Source: the human T2T-CHM13v2.0 reference genome, Homo sapiens. Taken from it: DNA of 64,000 nucleotides. A program made the translations under genes and the position numbers. The stretch is taken from positions 14,976,001 to 15,040,000 of the forward strand of contig CP068257.2 in the NCBI GenBank assembly GCA_009914755.4, in the 5' to 3' direction. Shown here in pieces: positions 10,931 through 23,869 of this stretch (its first letter is position 1; every line of letters begins with the position of its first letter). The notes below the pieces were generated by a model, which saw only the letters and a program-made list of their open reading frames with translations, did no database searches and had not been told where the DNA came from.

Positions 10931-13900
10931 CGCATGAAAGAATGTGCCACAGAAAATGAGACACATCAATGAGGGTAGGTTTGAAATACCAATTTAAAGC
11001 AGACTTTCACCGTTTGGCCAGGCTATAAACATTAAAAATCCATAACTAAGATCTTACTATATATTCAGGCATTTTAAGAACTCTGCATATATAATTACAT
11101 TTGACCCTTCTAATGCCTTTATCAGATAGGTTCTATTATTGCTCTTTTTTAAATAAAGAAGATAAACTTTGAAGAGATTAATAAATTAATAAATTGGTCC
11201 TCCATGACACAGATTAATAAATAGCAGAATCTTGATTCAAATTCTATTTTGTCCTCGATTTTAACTTCATAATCATAATGTTATAATGTTGTTTCATGTT
11301 ACTTTTAGGGATTGCAAAAGGTTAAAACCCAATTTATATTAGTTTAAGAAAAAGCAGAAATCATAGAGGGTACCGTTAGGGTACTTCCCCCTTTCTATGA
11401 GGCGTTTCATAGAAACCAAGTACAGGAATACAGCTGTGCCTCAGGAATATCAGAATCCAGGGAAAAAAGACTGACCAAACTTAGTTTCCACCTCTGCCCC
11501 AGCCACCTGACCCCCTTCCACCACACTCCACTAGCTCCCTCCACCTCCGCTCTACCCCCCACTGTCTTACTTCCATCCACTTAGTAGAAAACATAGTTAC
11601 TGTGAGCTTTATATCTTTTAGTCCAAATATTCAATGCCCAAAAACAGTTGCTTGACCTTTTTTTTTTTTTTTTTTAATCACAAACAACACTAATTGTGGG
11701 GATGGAACACTTTGGCCAGGTTTAGGTCATTGTCCATTCTAAAACAATTATCTATTCAGTCTCTTAAATCAAGAATATTTTGAGAATGTTTTTATATGTC
11801 TGACACTGTCTTTAGTACTGTGAATCCAGCAGTGAACCAGACAAACAAGATCTTATATTCTATAGAGAGAGACAGGGAATAAGTAAGTTAAAATATATAA
11901 TAAATATCCAAGAGGCAAATACATATATAAGATAAATACATAAGCTGATTTCAAATAGTACTACATTAAAACAAGGTAATATATAGCAAAAGATTGATGG
12001 GGCAGAGGAGTGGAGGTCAATATTAGATATATAAGAGAATATTTATCTGAGATAACATCTGAATAGAGACCCAGATGACAAGAAAAAAACAGCCATCAAA
12101 AAATCTAGAAAGGTGATGGCAGGTAGAGAGGATGAAAGGTACAAACACAATGAACTGAGAATATTAGACAGCCAGGATGGCTAGAACCTAGTAAGCAAAT
12201 GGGAAAAAATGTAGGGAATAAGTTAGAGGCAGGGAGGCAGACAGGGACTAAAATTACATATGGGAGGCTCTGTAAGGCATTTGAATGTTATTCATGTGGA
12301 AAAAGTTATAGCCAAAGGGAGGATGCTATGATTTTCTCAAGTTGGGTTAGGTACCCCTTGGGTTATGTTTTAATTTGACTGCTTTTGTTGCAGCCAGAAG
12401 GTTGTAGAATGAGGTGGAGTATTTCCCATGGGAGCTGTGGTTCTGGGCAGATAAAACAATGCACAATTCTATTCTCTTCACAATTCTGTTCAAGTACTTC
12501 TGTTATAAATCCCCTTAACAGTAAGTGCCCCCATTGTCAATCACAGTGGCCACTGCTCTTCCAAAACCAGCTTTATCTAGGTTTTATTTTCTACCAGTTT
12601 TCAATATCTTAAATTTTCTTCTCTTTTATACAATTTTAAGGCTGTTTAAAAGGGCTAGCTCAATTGGAATATGCATAACTTTCCAATGTTGGAAAGTGAT
12701 CTTTGCTATGCTGATCATTGATTGATTACCTGACAGTCAACACCTATTTGAATCACTGTCTCTTGCCTCTAAGCATTGGCTTCCAAGTAGATTTCACTGG
12801 GCTTTGTATTTTAAAGTTTCCTATTTTCCAAGCTCTGTTATTTGCCATGCTTCTTTTCAGTTTTCTTAGGAAAAAAATGATTGGATCCTGGGGGCATTTG
12901 CTAGATATCTGGCAAGGAGCATCACACAGGTATAAAAGCAAGTCAACCTAACTGAGGAAAATTGAGTAAAATGGAAAAGGATGCCAGTAGAAAGGAGAGA
13001 ATCTGGGAGGAAAAAAAAAAGGGAAACTATATACAGTCAGGTAGTAGTCATATCAAAAAACAAAGGAATGCCCCCAAAGAGTTATGAATTGCTGCAGGAG
13101 AATTAATGAGATGGAAAATTTCTCAAGGAAAAAGAGCCAAGTATATATAAAGGGGAGAAAAGCATAAAATGAAGAAAAAAAAAAAACAAATAAGGCAAAA
13201 TAAAAATTTTTAAAAACCCCAAGTGCAAGGTGAAAGAGTAAAACAAAAGAAAGGATAAATTAGGAAATGGTGCATTGCATTAAAGCAAATGTATTCTGTT
13301 TTCTTTATTCTTATCTTTAACTGGCTTTGCATTTCTCGGGTAGCAAAGCCAAACTGAAAGGATAATTTTGTTTATGTACCCAATTTGCATAATTGTGCAA
13401 TATAAATTACAATGCTAATTAAGGACAGCCCTTGGGCTTCTGGAATTGGGTCAAAGTGGCTCCCCAAGTGCAGGGAGGTTGGGGCATTGGCTCTGTCCCC
13501 TCTCCCACTGCAGGGAAGCTGGGCAAGAACCTCTCTGACAGTGTGTGAAATCTTGTCAGAATTTGTTGAAGACCCAGAACTGTATGTCTCACTCCCAGAC
13601 TTGGCTTTTAAAATCATTTTTGTGTGATTCCGCAATGAAGCTCTTGAAAGCTAAAATTTCTTCTAAATGCGGTGTTGGTTATCATTTTATGAGTCCCCTC
13701 CCATTTTTTTTTTTTTTTTTAATTCAGAGAATTTTGGTTGAAACACTAGATAACTGAGCATGAAGCTGGCATGCAATATTTTCTCACTGGACTCTTGCCA
13801 GAATTGTCTCAAACCAGTGTATGATATACTCTGCTCAGGCTTTTGTGAGCCGGGGGAGATGACAAGCTGATTTCTGAGCTTTAGTTAAATCCATGTCCTT

Positions 13901-14544
13901 GAAACTAACTAAACAATTGCACCATAACTACATCAAATTCAGTCCCAGAGCATTTATTCCCTGCACTGTTCATAATAGATGATTGAAAGGAGTAGGGTTC
14001 TTACCATCTTTAGCATGGGTTTTTTCAAGGAAAGAATTATTTCTGAGTTACTGTTGTGAAGGCTGGCATAACTACTTTGGAGGAACCTCTGTTTAGGCCT
14101 GTTTTGGAGGTGGTGTTTGGCAAGCCTTTGGTAGCCATTGAAACTTGACCTCAAGCAAGTTGTATGCAAAATAGAAACAAGCAGCTCTCAAACACTCAAG
14201 TACTTGAGCCGACGGGTAGGGAGGGAGACCTATTATCCTGTCTATGTCGTCTCTATTCACGTTCCTTTTTCTCCTTCACCTTTTGAGAGAGTGTAAGCCC
14301 CTTTTATAAGAGATTGATTACCTCACTTGGGTAACAGCTTAACAGTCAAGGCTGCTAGTTGTGTACACATGATTTTGACTTTGAAATACCAAGAAGCTCT
14401 TTCCACTGGGATAATTATAGGAGTGATTGGAAAATACGTGGCCTGTGTTACTTTGTTTGCTAGAGCAATGTTTTCCAAACTCTTTCATATCCAGACATGA
14501 AAAAACAAAAAGATAACTGTGTGATCCTGGGGTGCTATAGTCTG

Positions 14545-14880
14545 AATATTTTTGTATCCCCTTGGTGGTAAAGATAACCCCCAAGGTAATGGGATGAGAA
14601 GGTGGGGCCTTTGGAAGGCAGTTTAATCATATTAGTGGAGCTCTCATCAATGCAGTAAGTGCCCTTATAAAGGAGGCCTAAAAGAGACTCCTTGCTCCTT
14701 CTGCCATGTGATATTTCAGTGAGAAGACAGCTATTTATAAAGAAGTGGGCCTTCAGGAAACTTGGAATCTATAGTCCCTTGATCTTGGACTTTCCAACCT
14801 CCAGAACTAGGAAAAAAATACTGTGTTGTTTTTAAGCTACTCAGTCTATGGTATAGCAATCTGAACAGACTAAAACCTAG
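14545..14880 (+). mobile_element. MaLR LTR, MLT1-like (older than THE1), sense
   Basis: 3' end 'ccttgatcttggactttccaacctccagaactaggaaaaaaatactgtgttgtttttaagctactcagtctatggtatagcaatctgaacagactaaaacc' matches the MLT1 consensus end 'ccttgatcttggacttccagcctccagaactgtgagaaataaatttctgttgtttaagccacccagtctatggtattttgttatagcagccc..gactaa'. Confidence 0.7.
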
Positions 14881-16019
14881 GGTAAACTAGAGGAGAATTG
14901 GGACTGTGGGCAGGGCTGCTCATGTTCCAAGGTGACTGGATCTGTGGCTTTGCCCAACTCAACCTTCCAATTTCCTGAAACTAAGGGTTTAATATCTTGT
15001 GGCACATCAGTATATCTCGAGCAAGGTTCCACACTGTAATCCATGCAGCAACAATGTTCAAGTGATCATTCATAAGGAGTCCACGGTCAAATCAGCATGG
15101 GGTAAGTTGGGTTAAACACACAGACTTAAACATGTTTATCACAAGAATTGTGACATTAGCAACCCTTATTTCTACCACTTCTCTTTTCCCTATGGAATCC
15201 ACCTCTCTGCACTTTCACTTTTCTCCACATGGTTTGGGTGGAACTGGCCTATCCTTGGCTATAAAGGAGGGCACTTGACCTGTTCTGGTCAGTGAGAGCA
15301 GCTTATCCCCCAGGCCATAGGGATTGGTTCAGGCTGACAGTAGACTAGAGCATGGCAAATCAGAGTCAGACTCAGGAACAATGGAAAAATTTGGCAAATT
15401 CTTGGTAGTATTTTTTGAGCATGTAGATAAAACTATGAATGAATTTTCTAAGTTACTCCTCGTATCCGAGATAACATACCTCTCATTTTGCTGAAGCTAG
15501 TCTGAATTGAGTACTATTTTCAACTGGAGAAGTCTTGATTGATATTTACTTTTATTTCCTAAGATTCAGCTCTAATAGATCATGTTCCTGCTTAAAAGTC
15601 TCCAGGACTCACCATTACATAGGGGATAAAGTCTAAGTAATTATAACTTAATATATAGGTTTTACCTATAATTGCAGTAAATATGGGGCGGGTTCTCTCT
15701 CACTGGTTTATTGATGACAGTGTTAGCTAAGAGTAAACAGGGTGGTCAGAGTCTGTAGTCTAGTTAAGTATCCTTTTAATACATTGGTTGAGGGGTCCTC
15801 AACAAACAGATTGCTTTTTGCTCCTAGAGTTGATCATGCTTTTGGGTAGATTTTTTTTTTCCTTTCTTCTGCAATTGTTCAGGTGCATTTAGTAACTCCA
15901 GCCTTTCTCTCTGGCGTATACTTTGTTACTAATTATAAAGGCATAATCTTGACAATGTAGACATTTTAGAGAATTCTCCTTCTGATGGTTGTATATGTAT
16001 TGAGAACAGTTACCGTAAA

Positions 16020-16212
16020 GCAGTGATTCTTAAAGTGTGGTCCCCGGACCAGCATATTGTCACCTGGGAAATTGTTAGTGATGTAGAGTCTTGGGCCAAA
16101 CCTCAGACCCATTGAATCAGAAAATCTGGGGATGATGGCCAGCAATTTGTATTTTAATAACAAGGTGATTCTCTTGCGTGATAAAGTTTTCAAACAGTTG
16201 ACAAGAAAGGTC
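16020..16212 (+). mobile_element. hAT-Charlie non-autonomous DNA transposon, MER5-like (~190 bp)
   Basis: 'cagtgattcttaaagtgtggtccccggaccagcatattgtcacctgggaaattgttagtgatgtagagtcttgggccaaacctcagacccattgaatcagaaaatctggggatgatggccagcaatttgtattttaataacaaggtgattctcttgcgtgataaagttttcaaacagttg' resembles the MER5 consensus from memory ('cagtggttctcaaagtgtggtcc..ggaccagcagcatcagcatcacctgggaacttgttagaaatgcaaattctc..ccccagacctactgaatcagaaactctggg..gcccagcaatctgtgttttaacaag..ccaggtgattctgatgcacgctaaagtttgagaaccactg'). Confidence 0.5.
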
Positions 16213-16769
16213 AAAGCCTGGAGAATATCTTGGTCGAGGACTTCCTAAAACCTTCTATCTCATTACCCCAATATACTTTCCTCATGCCTTTTTAATTGCT
16301 ATTTCACTAGAGTTTTTACTTCTCTCGGGAGCTCATCCTATTTAACCGGGTTTTTAGTTTTACAATTTCATGCCCACTCTGCGTGGATCTATTGTCAGGT
16401 TCTCACTTTTCTTGATAGTTTTCTTGGAAAATTAAAAGATCAAGCCAACTGGATTTTTATTATTTCAACTGCCATTATATCTTCTTCAGGGTGTTTTAAA
16501 ATTATCATATACTTGCTCCCCCCTCCCAACCCCTTTACCATCTTGTTGATTTCAGACTAGTATTTAAATCATATTTCCTAGACAGGCAACTTATGCCATT
16601 GTGAGATACAAAATAGTTCATATAACATAGCAAGGGGATATCATTCTAGAATTAAACTCATGTTACAGAAATTTCATCACGAAGGTAAAACACATTTGTA
16701 TAAATTGAACTTTGACTATATTTGCATCACAAGCAGTAGACCAAGACAGACACTGTTTAATCATTTAGA

Positions 16770-16910
16770 GCATCAGCTATAAAGTCAGACTTCCTGAGTT
16801 CAGATATAACCCACCACTTGCTGATTATGTGACCTTGGGCAAACCCTCTGTGCCTCAGTTTCTTTTTCTGCCCGAATAAGGAAAATGCTCAGTAAATTTT
16901 AGTTAATGCT
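16770..16910 (-). mobile_element. MIR SINE, antisense
   Basis: 'cttgctgattatgtgaccttgggcaaaccctctgtgcctcagtttctttttctgcccgaataaggaaaatg' matches MIR antisense 'cttactagctgtgtgaccttgggcaagtcacttaacctctctgagcctcagtttcctcatctgtaaaatgggga'. Confidence 0.55.
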
Positions 16911-17918
16911 ACAGCTTTTGAGGCAACATCCTGAGAAAGATGCCCACACGTAATAGCAAGGCAAGGTTTGTCTAAACTAAAATCCTGTCTCTGTGAACAC
17001 ACATAAAGGCTCATATTTTGAAGACAAAGAGAATTGGTTGAGAATGATTAAACCTATACTGGTAAATGAAAATAACAAACAGTTCTTATAAAACTTGCAG
17101 TATGTACTCAAACTTAACATAACTTTAATTAATATGCTATCAGATTTAGTTTAGTTCACATTAACCCAAGCCCAGAGACTTACACCAATTTTAGTTAAGA
17201 TAATAGTCTCTGTTTTTTCTAATCTAGTCTCTTTTTATTTGACTAGAAGTTCTTACTTTCCTTTTCTGAGGGCCTAATTCTCTTCTAAGTCCACTAACTC
17301 AGATGTTATCATCATGTTTATAAATGGATCAGTCCCAGGTGTTGTTACTTCCATGCCTGTGAGCACATATTATCGTTTGTAAAAAAAAAAGTTCTAAAGT
17401 TTTTAAATAGCTAAAAATTCATGTTAAAATTCTTGCTATACAGCAGCCCAGAAGAGGTATGGCTTTTCTCCACTATGGCTATGATGCCTGCCAGGAATTA
17501 TTAGTTGTTCCAGTAATGTCCCTAATACCTGTCTGAATAATCTTTGGGTGACTGGGTATAGAATTTTACACTCTATAGCATACTGGCTAAATTTGCTTCT
17601 TCACAGTTATACCCATCATATACTGTCTGGTCTTAAAAATTCACTTACATATTACATGTATACCTGCATTTGCTTATTTAAAAACTATTAAATATCAGGT
17701 ACTGTTCTAGGCATCAAAAACACAAGGTTTACTTAAGTCCCTGCCATTATGATGCTTACATTAACAGTGAAATAAACTGTAATCATTCTAGAAGGCAGAA
17801 ACCGAAAGTTTTCTTGTCTGCCTTTTTCTTAGTAGAGTGCTGGAAACATAAGTAGGTGCTTAATAAAGACTCCTGGATTATTAAAATGCATACTATACTT
17901 AAAATGTTAGGAACTTAT

Positions 17919-18220
17919 GGCCGGGCACAGTGGCTCACACCTGTAATCCCAGCACCTTGGGAGGCCAAGACGGGCGATTCACGAGGTCAGGAGATCGAGA
18001 CCATCCTGGCTAACAAGGAGAAACCCGGTCTCTACTAAAAATACAAAAAATTAGCCGGGCTTGGTGGCGGGCCCCTGTAGTCCCAGCTACTCGGGAGGCT
18101 AGGCAGGAGGATGGCATGAACCTGGGAGGCGGAGCTTGCAGTGAGCCGAGATCGCACCACTGCACTCCAGCCTGGGCGACAGAGTGAGACTCCATCTCAA
18201 AAAAAAAAAAAAGAAAAAAA
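17919..18220 (+). mobile_element. Alu SINE (AluS/Y-like), full length, sense, long poly-A
   Basis: 'ggccgggcacagtggctcacacctgtaatcccagcaccttgggaggccaagacgggcgattcacgaggtcaggagatcgagaccatcctggctaacaaggagaaacccggtctctactaaaaatacaaaaaattagccgggc...cactgcactccagcctgggcgacagagtgagactccatctcaaaaaaaaaaaaaag'. Confidence 0.95.
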
Positions 18221-18469
18221 TATATTAGGAACTTCTGAGGAGCCTAGTTGAAGAAGGAAGCTCAGCAAATGCAGGCTTATGGAGTGGAAGATTATTTGAG
18301 CAGCAAATCACTTTAGAGAATACCTAGTAGAACTGCTTACTTTTTAGGTGAAATAACAGAAAATACCTGTTGTTTTAGTAAGGGAGAGACCACCCTTCAT
18401 ATTGTCTTATGCCCAATTTCTGCCTCCAAAGAAAGAAGAAGTAAAAACTAACAGGCAGAAATGAAATCC

Positions 18470-18850
18470 ACAAGCATACAGCCCTGCGCCACACCCTGGG
18501 CCTGGTAGTTAAAGATCCACCCCTGACCTAATCGGTTATGTTATCTATAGATTGCAGACATTGTATAGAAAAGCACTGTGAAAATCCCTGTCCTGTTCTG
18601 TTCCATTCTAATTACCAGTGCATGCAGCCTCCAGTCACGTACCCCCTGCTTACTCAATCGATCATGATCTTCTCACGTGGACCCCTTAGAGTGGTAAGCC
18701 CTTAAGAGGGACAGGAATTGCTGACTCGGGGAGCTCAGTTGTTGGAGAAGTGAGTCTTGCCGAAGCTCCTGGCCAAATAAAGCCCTTCCTTCTTTAACTC
18801 GGTGTCTGACGGGTTTTGTCTGCGGCTTGTCCTGCTATATTAGCAATTAA
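18470..18850 (+). mobile_element. LTR-like element, family undetermined (probable solo ERV LTR with polyadenylation signal)
   Basis: '..ggccaaataaagcccttccttctttaactcggtgtctgacgggttttgtctgcggcttgtcctgctata' has the U3-R-U5 look of an ERV LTR end. It has AATAAA then a GT-rich downstream element. I cannot place the family from memory. Confidence 0.4.
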
Positions 18851-20270
18851 AAATTAACTGTACCATACAGTCAGTTGACTATACCATACAGTGTACCAAC
18901 AGTATACCCCCCTGCCCCCTGCTGACATAGTGAAGACTTGTGGGAAGTATCAGAAAGAGAACTGGAATTAAGGAGGAAAATCAAGATTTGTGACTTTAGC
19001 CAAATGTCTTGGGTTCACGAAACCCACATAAAATGGCTCATTTTGGGGGATATTGTGAGAATTAAAGGAATAGAATATTTGAAAACACTTTGGTACATTT
19101 TTCTAGGCAGAACAGAATTGAGTTTTGGGGAGGGTGTCTTGAGTTAAAGATGGTGATGAAAATAATGAGTCATTGAAATAGAAGGAAACATCCTAATTTA
19201 CAGTCATTAAGGACTGCCATGAAATTCCACCCCATGAAAATCTGAAATGGGTATATATACCTTCAGGAATGTGTAGCTTGATCATCAAGAGATTCAAGTA
19301 TACTGCCACAACACACTTATAGTTTAGACCATGATCGTGTGGTAGAGACAGTTAAAAATATTTAATCTCTCTTATTCTCAAATAATGAGTATAGGAAACA
19401 AATAAGAATTTAAATATTTCTGAAGATCATCATGAAAATGTCTAGCATATTTTGTAAACAACAATTTCTTGGATTATTAGATACTTTGCTGTTTGCTTTT
19501 CAGTAGGCACAAACATATTGTGAGATGTTCTGTATTTATGAAGTTACAATAAACTGTGAAAATAACAGAATGCATTCTGGGTAAGCTAAAGCAGTAGTCC
19601 AGATATTTCATTAAAATTCAGATCCATACTTTGGGTTGTATTCTTATTCAAAAATATTTTTAAAAATATTATTGTAAGTATGTTTCTTATCGCCAATTTT
19701 TAATTTTCATTTGTAGGTTGTGGAAAATGCACTAGAATCAACAAACATGGGGACTAATTCAACTCGGATATCATGTCTTCAGAGAAGTTTCTCCTGCCCT
19801 CCTCTCCCTGTAGAATTAAGTATTCTTCCACTGTGCCACCCTCTAACTTGTGCTCATATCTTCCTCTATTGTAGTTATGTGTTCACATCCCTGTTGTTTT
19901 TGTACCGGCTTCTCCCAAAGGGAGACATTTAGTCTTATTCTTCTTGGTAACTTTAGCACAGACCTGGCAGATTGTTGACACTCAACAAATGTTTATTGAC
20001 TCAAATGCATTCAGTTGAACATTGACCTTTGATCAACTCTGGGAAAAGTCTGCAAAGCTAGTTAGGACATTCAGAAATTCATTTCATTTCAATCCTAACT
20101 AAATAAATTATTGAAGTCTCAGAACTTCTCAGTACTTGATTTAGACACATAGAAACTTGGGTAAATAACACCTATATTGTTATATTCCTCAAGAAAAAGT
20201 TTATCTTTTCATGAAATGAATCTACTGAGGATATTTATAGAAACTGAATGTAAGTGAGCAGAATAAAGTG

Positions 20271-20298
<28 letters not shown>
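20271..20298. repeat. (GT)14 dinucleotide microsatellite
   Basis: gtgtgtgtgtgtgtgtgtgtgtgtgtgt read directly. Confidence 0.95.
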
Positions 20299-20302
<4 letters not shown>

Positions 20303-20373
20303 AATTTGAAGAGTAGGTGGGAGAAGGTTGTGATAGGATAGCAGATCTTGTTTATGATAGTCACCAGCTATAA

Positions 20374-20724
<351 letters not shown>

Positions 20725-20907
20725 TAATGTCTGTGTCAATTAAATAGAAATGTATCAAGTTAAAAACCTTGCCTCGGTAGCTTCCAGTGCAAATAAAGGT
20801 ACCCATGCCACCCCATTCTGGCCAGCAGTAAAATTGATGGAAGCCTCTGGTTGGGGCTTCAAGGAAAGCTTTATCAAAAGATAAACTCACTGGCTTTGTC
20901 CCTTAGT

Positions 20908-21255
20908 TCAGTGGTCCCCAACCTTTTTGGCACCAAGAGACCAGTTTTGTGGAAGACAATTTTTTCCATGGACCAGGAGGGTTCCGGGGGATGGTTTTGG
21001 GATGAAAATGTTTCACCTTAGATATCATCGGGCATTCAATTCTCATAAGGAGCCTGCAACCTAGACCTCTCACATGTGCAGTTCACAATAGGGTTCATGC
21101 TCCTATGAGAATCTAATGCCACTGCTGATCTGACAGGAGGCAGAGCTCAGGCAGTAATGCTCACTAGTTCCGTTGCTCGCCTCCTGCTGTGCAGCCCAGT
21201 TCCTAACAGGACACAGACCAGTACTGGTTCGCAACCCAGGGTTTGGGGGCCCCTG
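20908..21255. mobile_element. Non-autonomous hAT-type DNA transposon with terminal inverted repeats, MER1-like
   Basis: Starts 'cagtggtccccaacctttttggcaccaagagaccagttttgtggaagacaattttttccatggaccaggagggttccgggggatggttttgggatg'. Ends '..ctcctgctgtgcagcccagttcctaacaggacacagaccagtactggttcgcaacccagggtttgggggcccctg'. The ends are inverted copies of each other. The internal 'catcgggcattcaattctcataaggagcctgcaacctagacctctcacatgtgcagttcacaatagggttcatgctcctatgagaatctaatgccactgctgatctgacaggaggcagagctcaggc' matches the MER1 consensus as I recall it. Confidence 0.55.
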
Positions 21256-23869
21256 TCTTAGTTCCTTTGCCTTCCTTCCAGATGGATGCCTGGAGGAACA
21301 ATCATCCCGCAATTGTGAAAATTGAAGCCATATTTTAAAGTTGGTTTCAATTGTAATACAGAAGAAATCTGGACCTTGATGACATTTGAGCTAGAGTACT
21401 AATCTTGATCTTCCTATTCATGAGCTTGTTGCAAGAGACAAGACTTTTACTGATTTAACTCATTGTTGGGATTTCTTGGAACTAAACACAGTCATAATAC
21501 ATTTTTTCCTTCCCAGGAAAATGGTAGAGCATGACTTTTCAAATCTAATAAAACTCATGTGTAGCTAAAACCACTCTACTGAAACAATTCCATCTCAGCC
21601 CATGGTACAAGGGATTTTCCTGAATGAAAAATGGTGTCTGATCATTTTGTTGGTTTCTTTGTTGGTTTTTCCTGAAACTTAGGGTTAAAGAATCCAGGAA
21701 AGTTGTCTTAGATAGAGTTATAATTTCCGTGGACATCAACTGATAAATGCAATTACAGTTTGTATGCCTAGGTTTGGCAAAAATCATATAAGCAACATCC
21801 CTCACATAATATTGTTTTAATTAAATTTTATTTCTTTCTTGGTATGAAACATACTGCAGAAGCACAATCAATGAACATTGGATAGTTTCCTTAAATCTTG
21901 CTCTTTGTCCTATTTATATAATTTATTGTGTCAGTGGTTCTCAAGTGGTATGCTCCTGCAACTCATCATCTGAAAATCCTTCCCAGATGTGCTGAAAAAT
22001 TTTCATTAATTTGTATATTCTATTTTATTTTTATAACTAAGTACACATGCTTGTGACTGGAAGAGAAGACACCCCTCATTTAATCCCAGAGGAATATTTG
22101 GCCTTGATTCATGCCCTGCTCACTCCACCCCATTATTAAGATAGAGATCGCTGAAGAAATCCCTGCTCTATAAATGTAGCTGATCCAAAAACAAAATGGA
22201 AATTCATTATTTTAAATATTTCTACAAGATCTTTGTACAACTCTATTTTTTTTTCCTATTAAGAATTACATGATTCTAGAATAAGTTCCAACCCTAAGTA
22301 TCAACACTGGAACACAATTTTAAAACAGGAGGCGATTATCTCTATAGTGAGATTTAACTACAGAGGTGATAGCTCTGGTTAGTGAATTTCAGGACTAGAA
22401 ATCAGGCCTGCTGTCTCTTAGCTTAGAGGAGGTATAATAAGAAGAGGATTAGAACTACTGTGTATATTAACAAGAAGAACTCTATTATGTTCAGCTATCA
22501 TTATATATGATATTATGTTTCTTTTTATGAACTATAGTTCACTGTCTTTAAGCATAATGTTTGCCCAAGGTGGGGGTGTTGGTGTGTGTCTGTGTGTATA
22601 TGCATGTGTGCACATGTGTGTATGTATAGTTGATTCATTCATTCTGACCTACTGAATTTACTGAAGGAATAAGAAGAAATACCTTGAACTGAGGGACCTG
22701 GCTTAGCTCAACATCTGTACCATCTACCTTTGAGTATCCATTCCTTTACTATGAAGCATGGATGCTAAAACTAAAATTGCATTTGCTAAACTACTTTGTA
22801 GCTAGATTCCTGGGTGAGATTAGATTTGGTCAATTAGATGTTCTTGTGTAACATTTAGAAGGTGATAGTAAGGCAAAGGTCATGTGACTGGCTGATTTTA
22901 TTTATGTTCAATGATCTTTATTGGGGTACACTTTATATATAATAATAAATAATGCACACATTTTAAGTGTACAATTTGATGAGTTCTGACAAATTTATAT
23001 GCATGTATAACCAGCATCAATATCAAGATATATAATGATCCCCTCATTCCAGAATAGTCTCTTGTGTTCTTTCCAGCCAATGCCCCACCCCTGGATTCTG
23101 GCAACAATTGATCTGCTTTTTATTACCATGGATTATATTTGTCTTTCCTAGAGATACAAATAAATGAAATAATGTAGTGTGTCCTCTTTAACTTTGGCTT
23201 ATTTCTCTCGGCACACTATTTCTGAAATTTGTCCATACTGTTGATATGGCAGACAGAATTTTAAGATGGTTCCTAAAATTCTTGCCTCCTGGTATGTATA
23301 ATTTTCTCTCGGTTTTCCGCTGAACACTAACCTAGGTGCTATTGTAAAGGGATTTCTCAAGTGTAATTAAAGTCCCTAATAAGTTTATTTTAAGTTAGAA
23401 AAATTTTCCCAGGTGAGCTTGAGCTAAGTGAGTGACCTAAGCAGGTGAGTTGTTAGAAAAAAATTAAGAGATATTTGAAGCGTAGACAAAATTCTGTTGG
23501 CTTTTAAAAGAAAACTTCCATGTGATAGAGAAAGCCAGATGATAGGGAACACAAGGTTACCTCTAAATTGACAACCAGCAAAAAAGCTGAGACTTCAGTC
23601 TTATCATCATAAGGAATTGAATTCTGTCAACAGCCACGTGACCTTAGAGGAGGCCCCTGAGCCGCAGATGAGATCATGGCCCTGGCCAATACCTTAAATT
23701 CATCCTGGTGAGATATGAGCAGAGAACTCAGCTATGCCATGCTCAGATTTCTCACCTGTAGAGCAGTAAATTAATAAGTGAGCATTATTTGAAGCTGCTA
23801 AGTTTGTGGTGATTTGTTACACATCAAGAGAAAACATATGCTGTATATATTATTAGATTTTTCCTTTAT

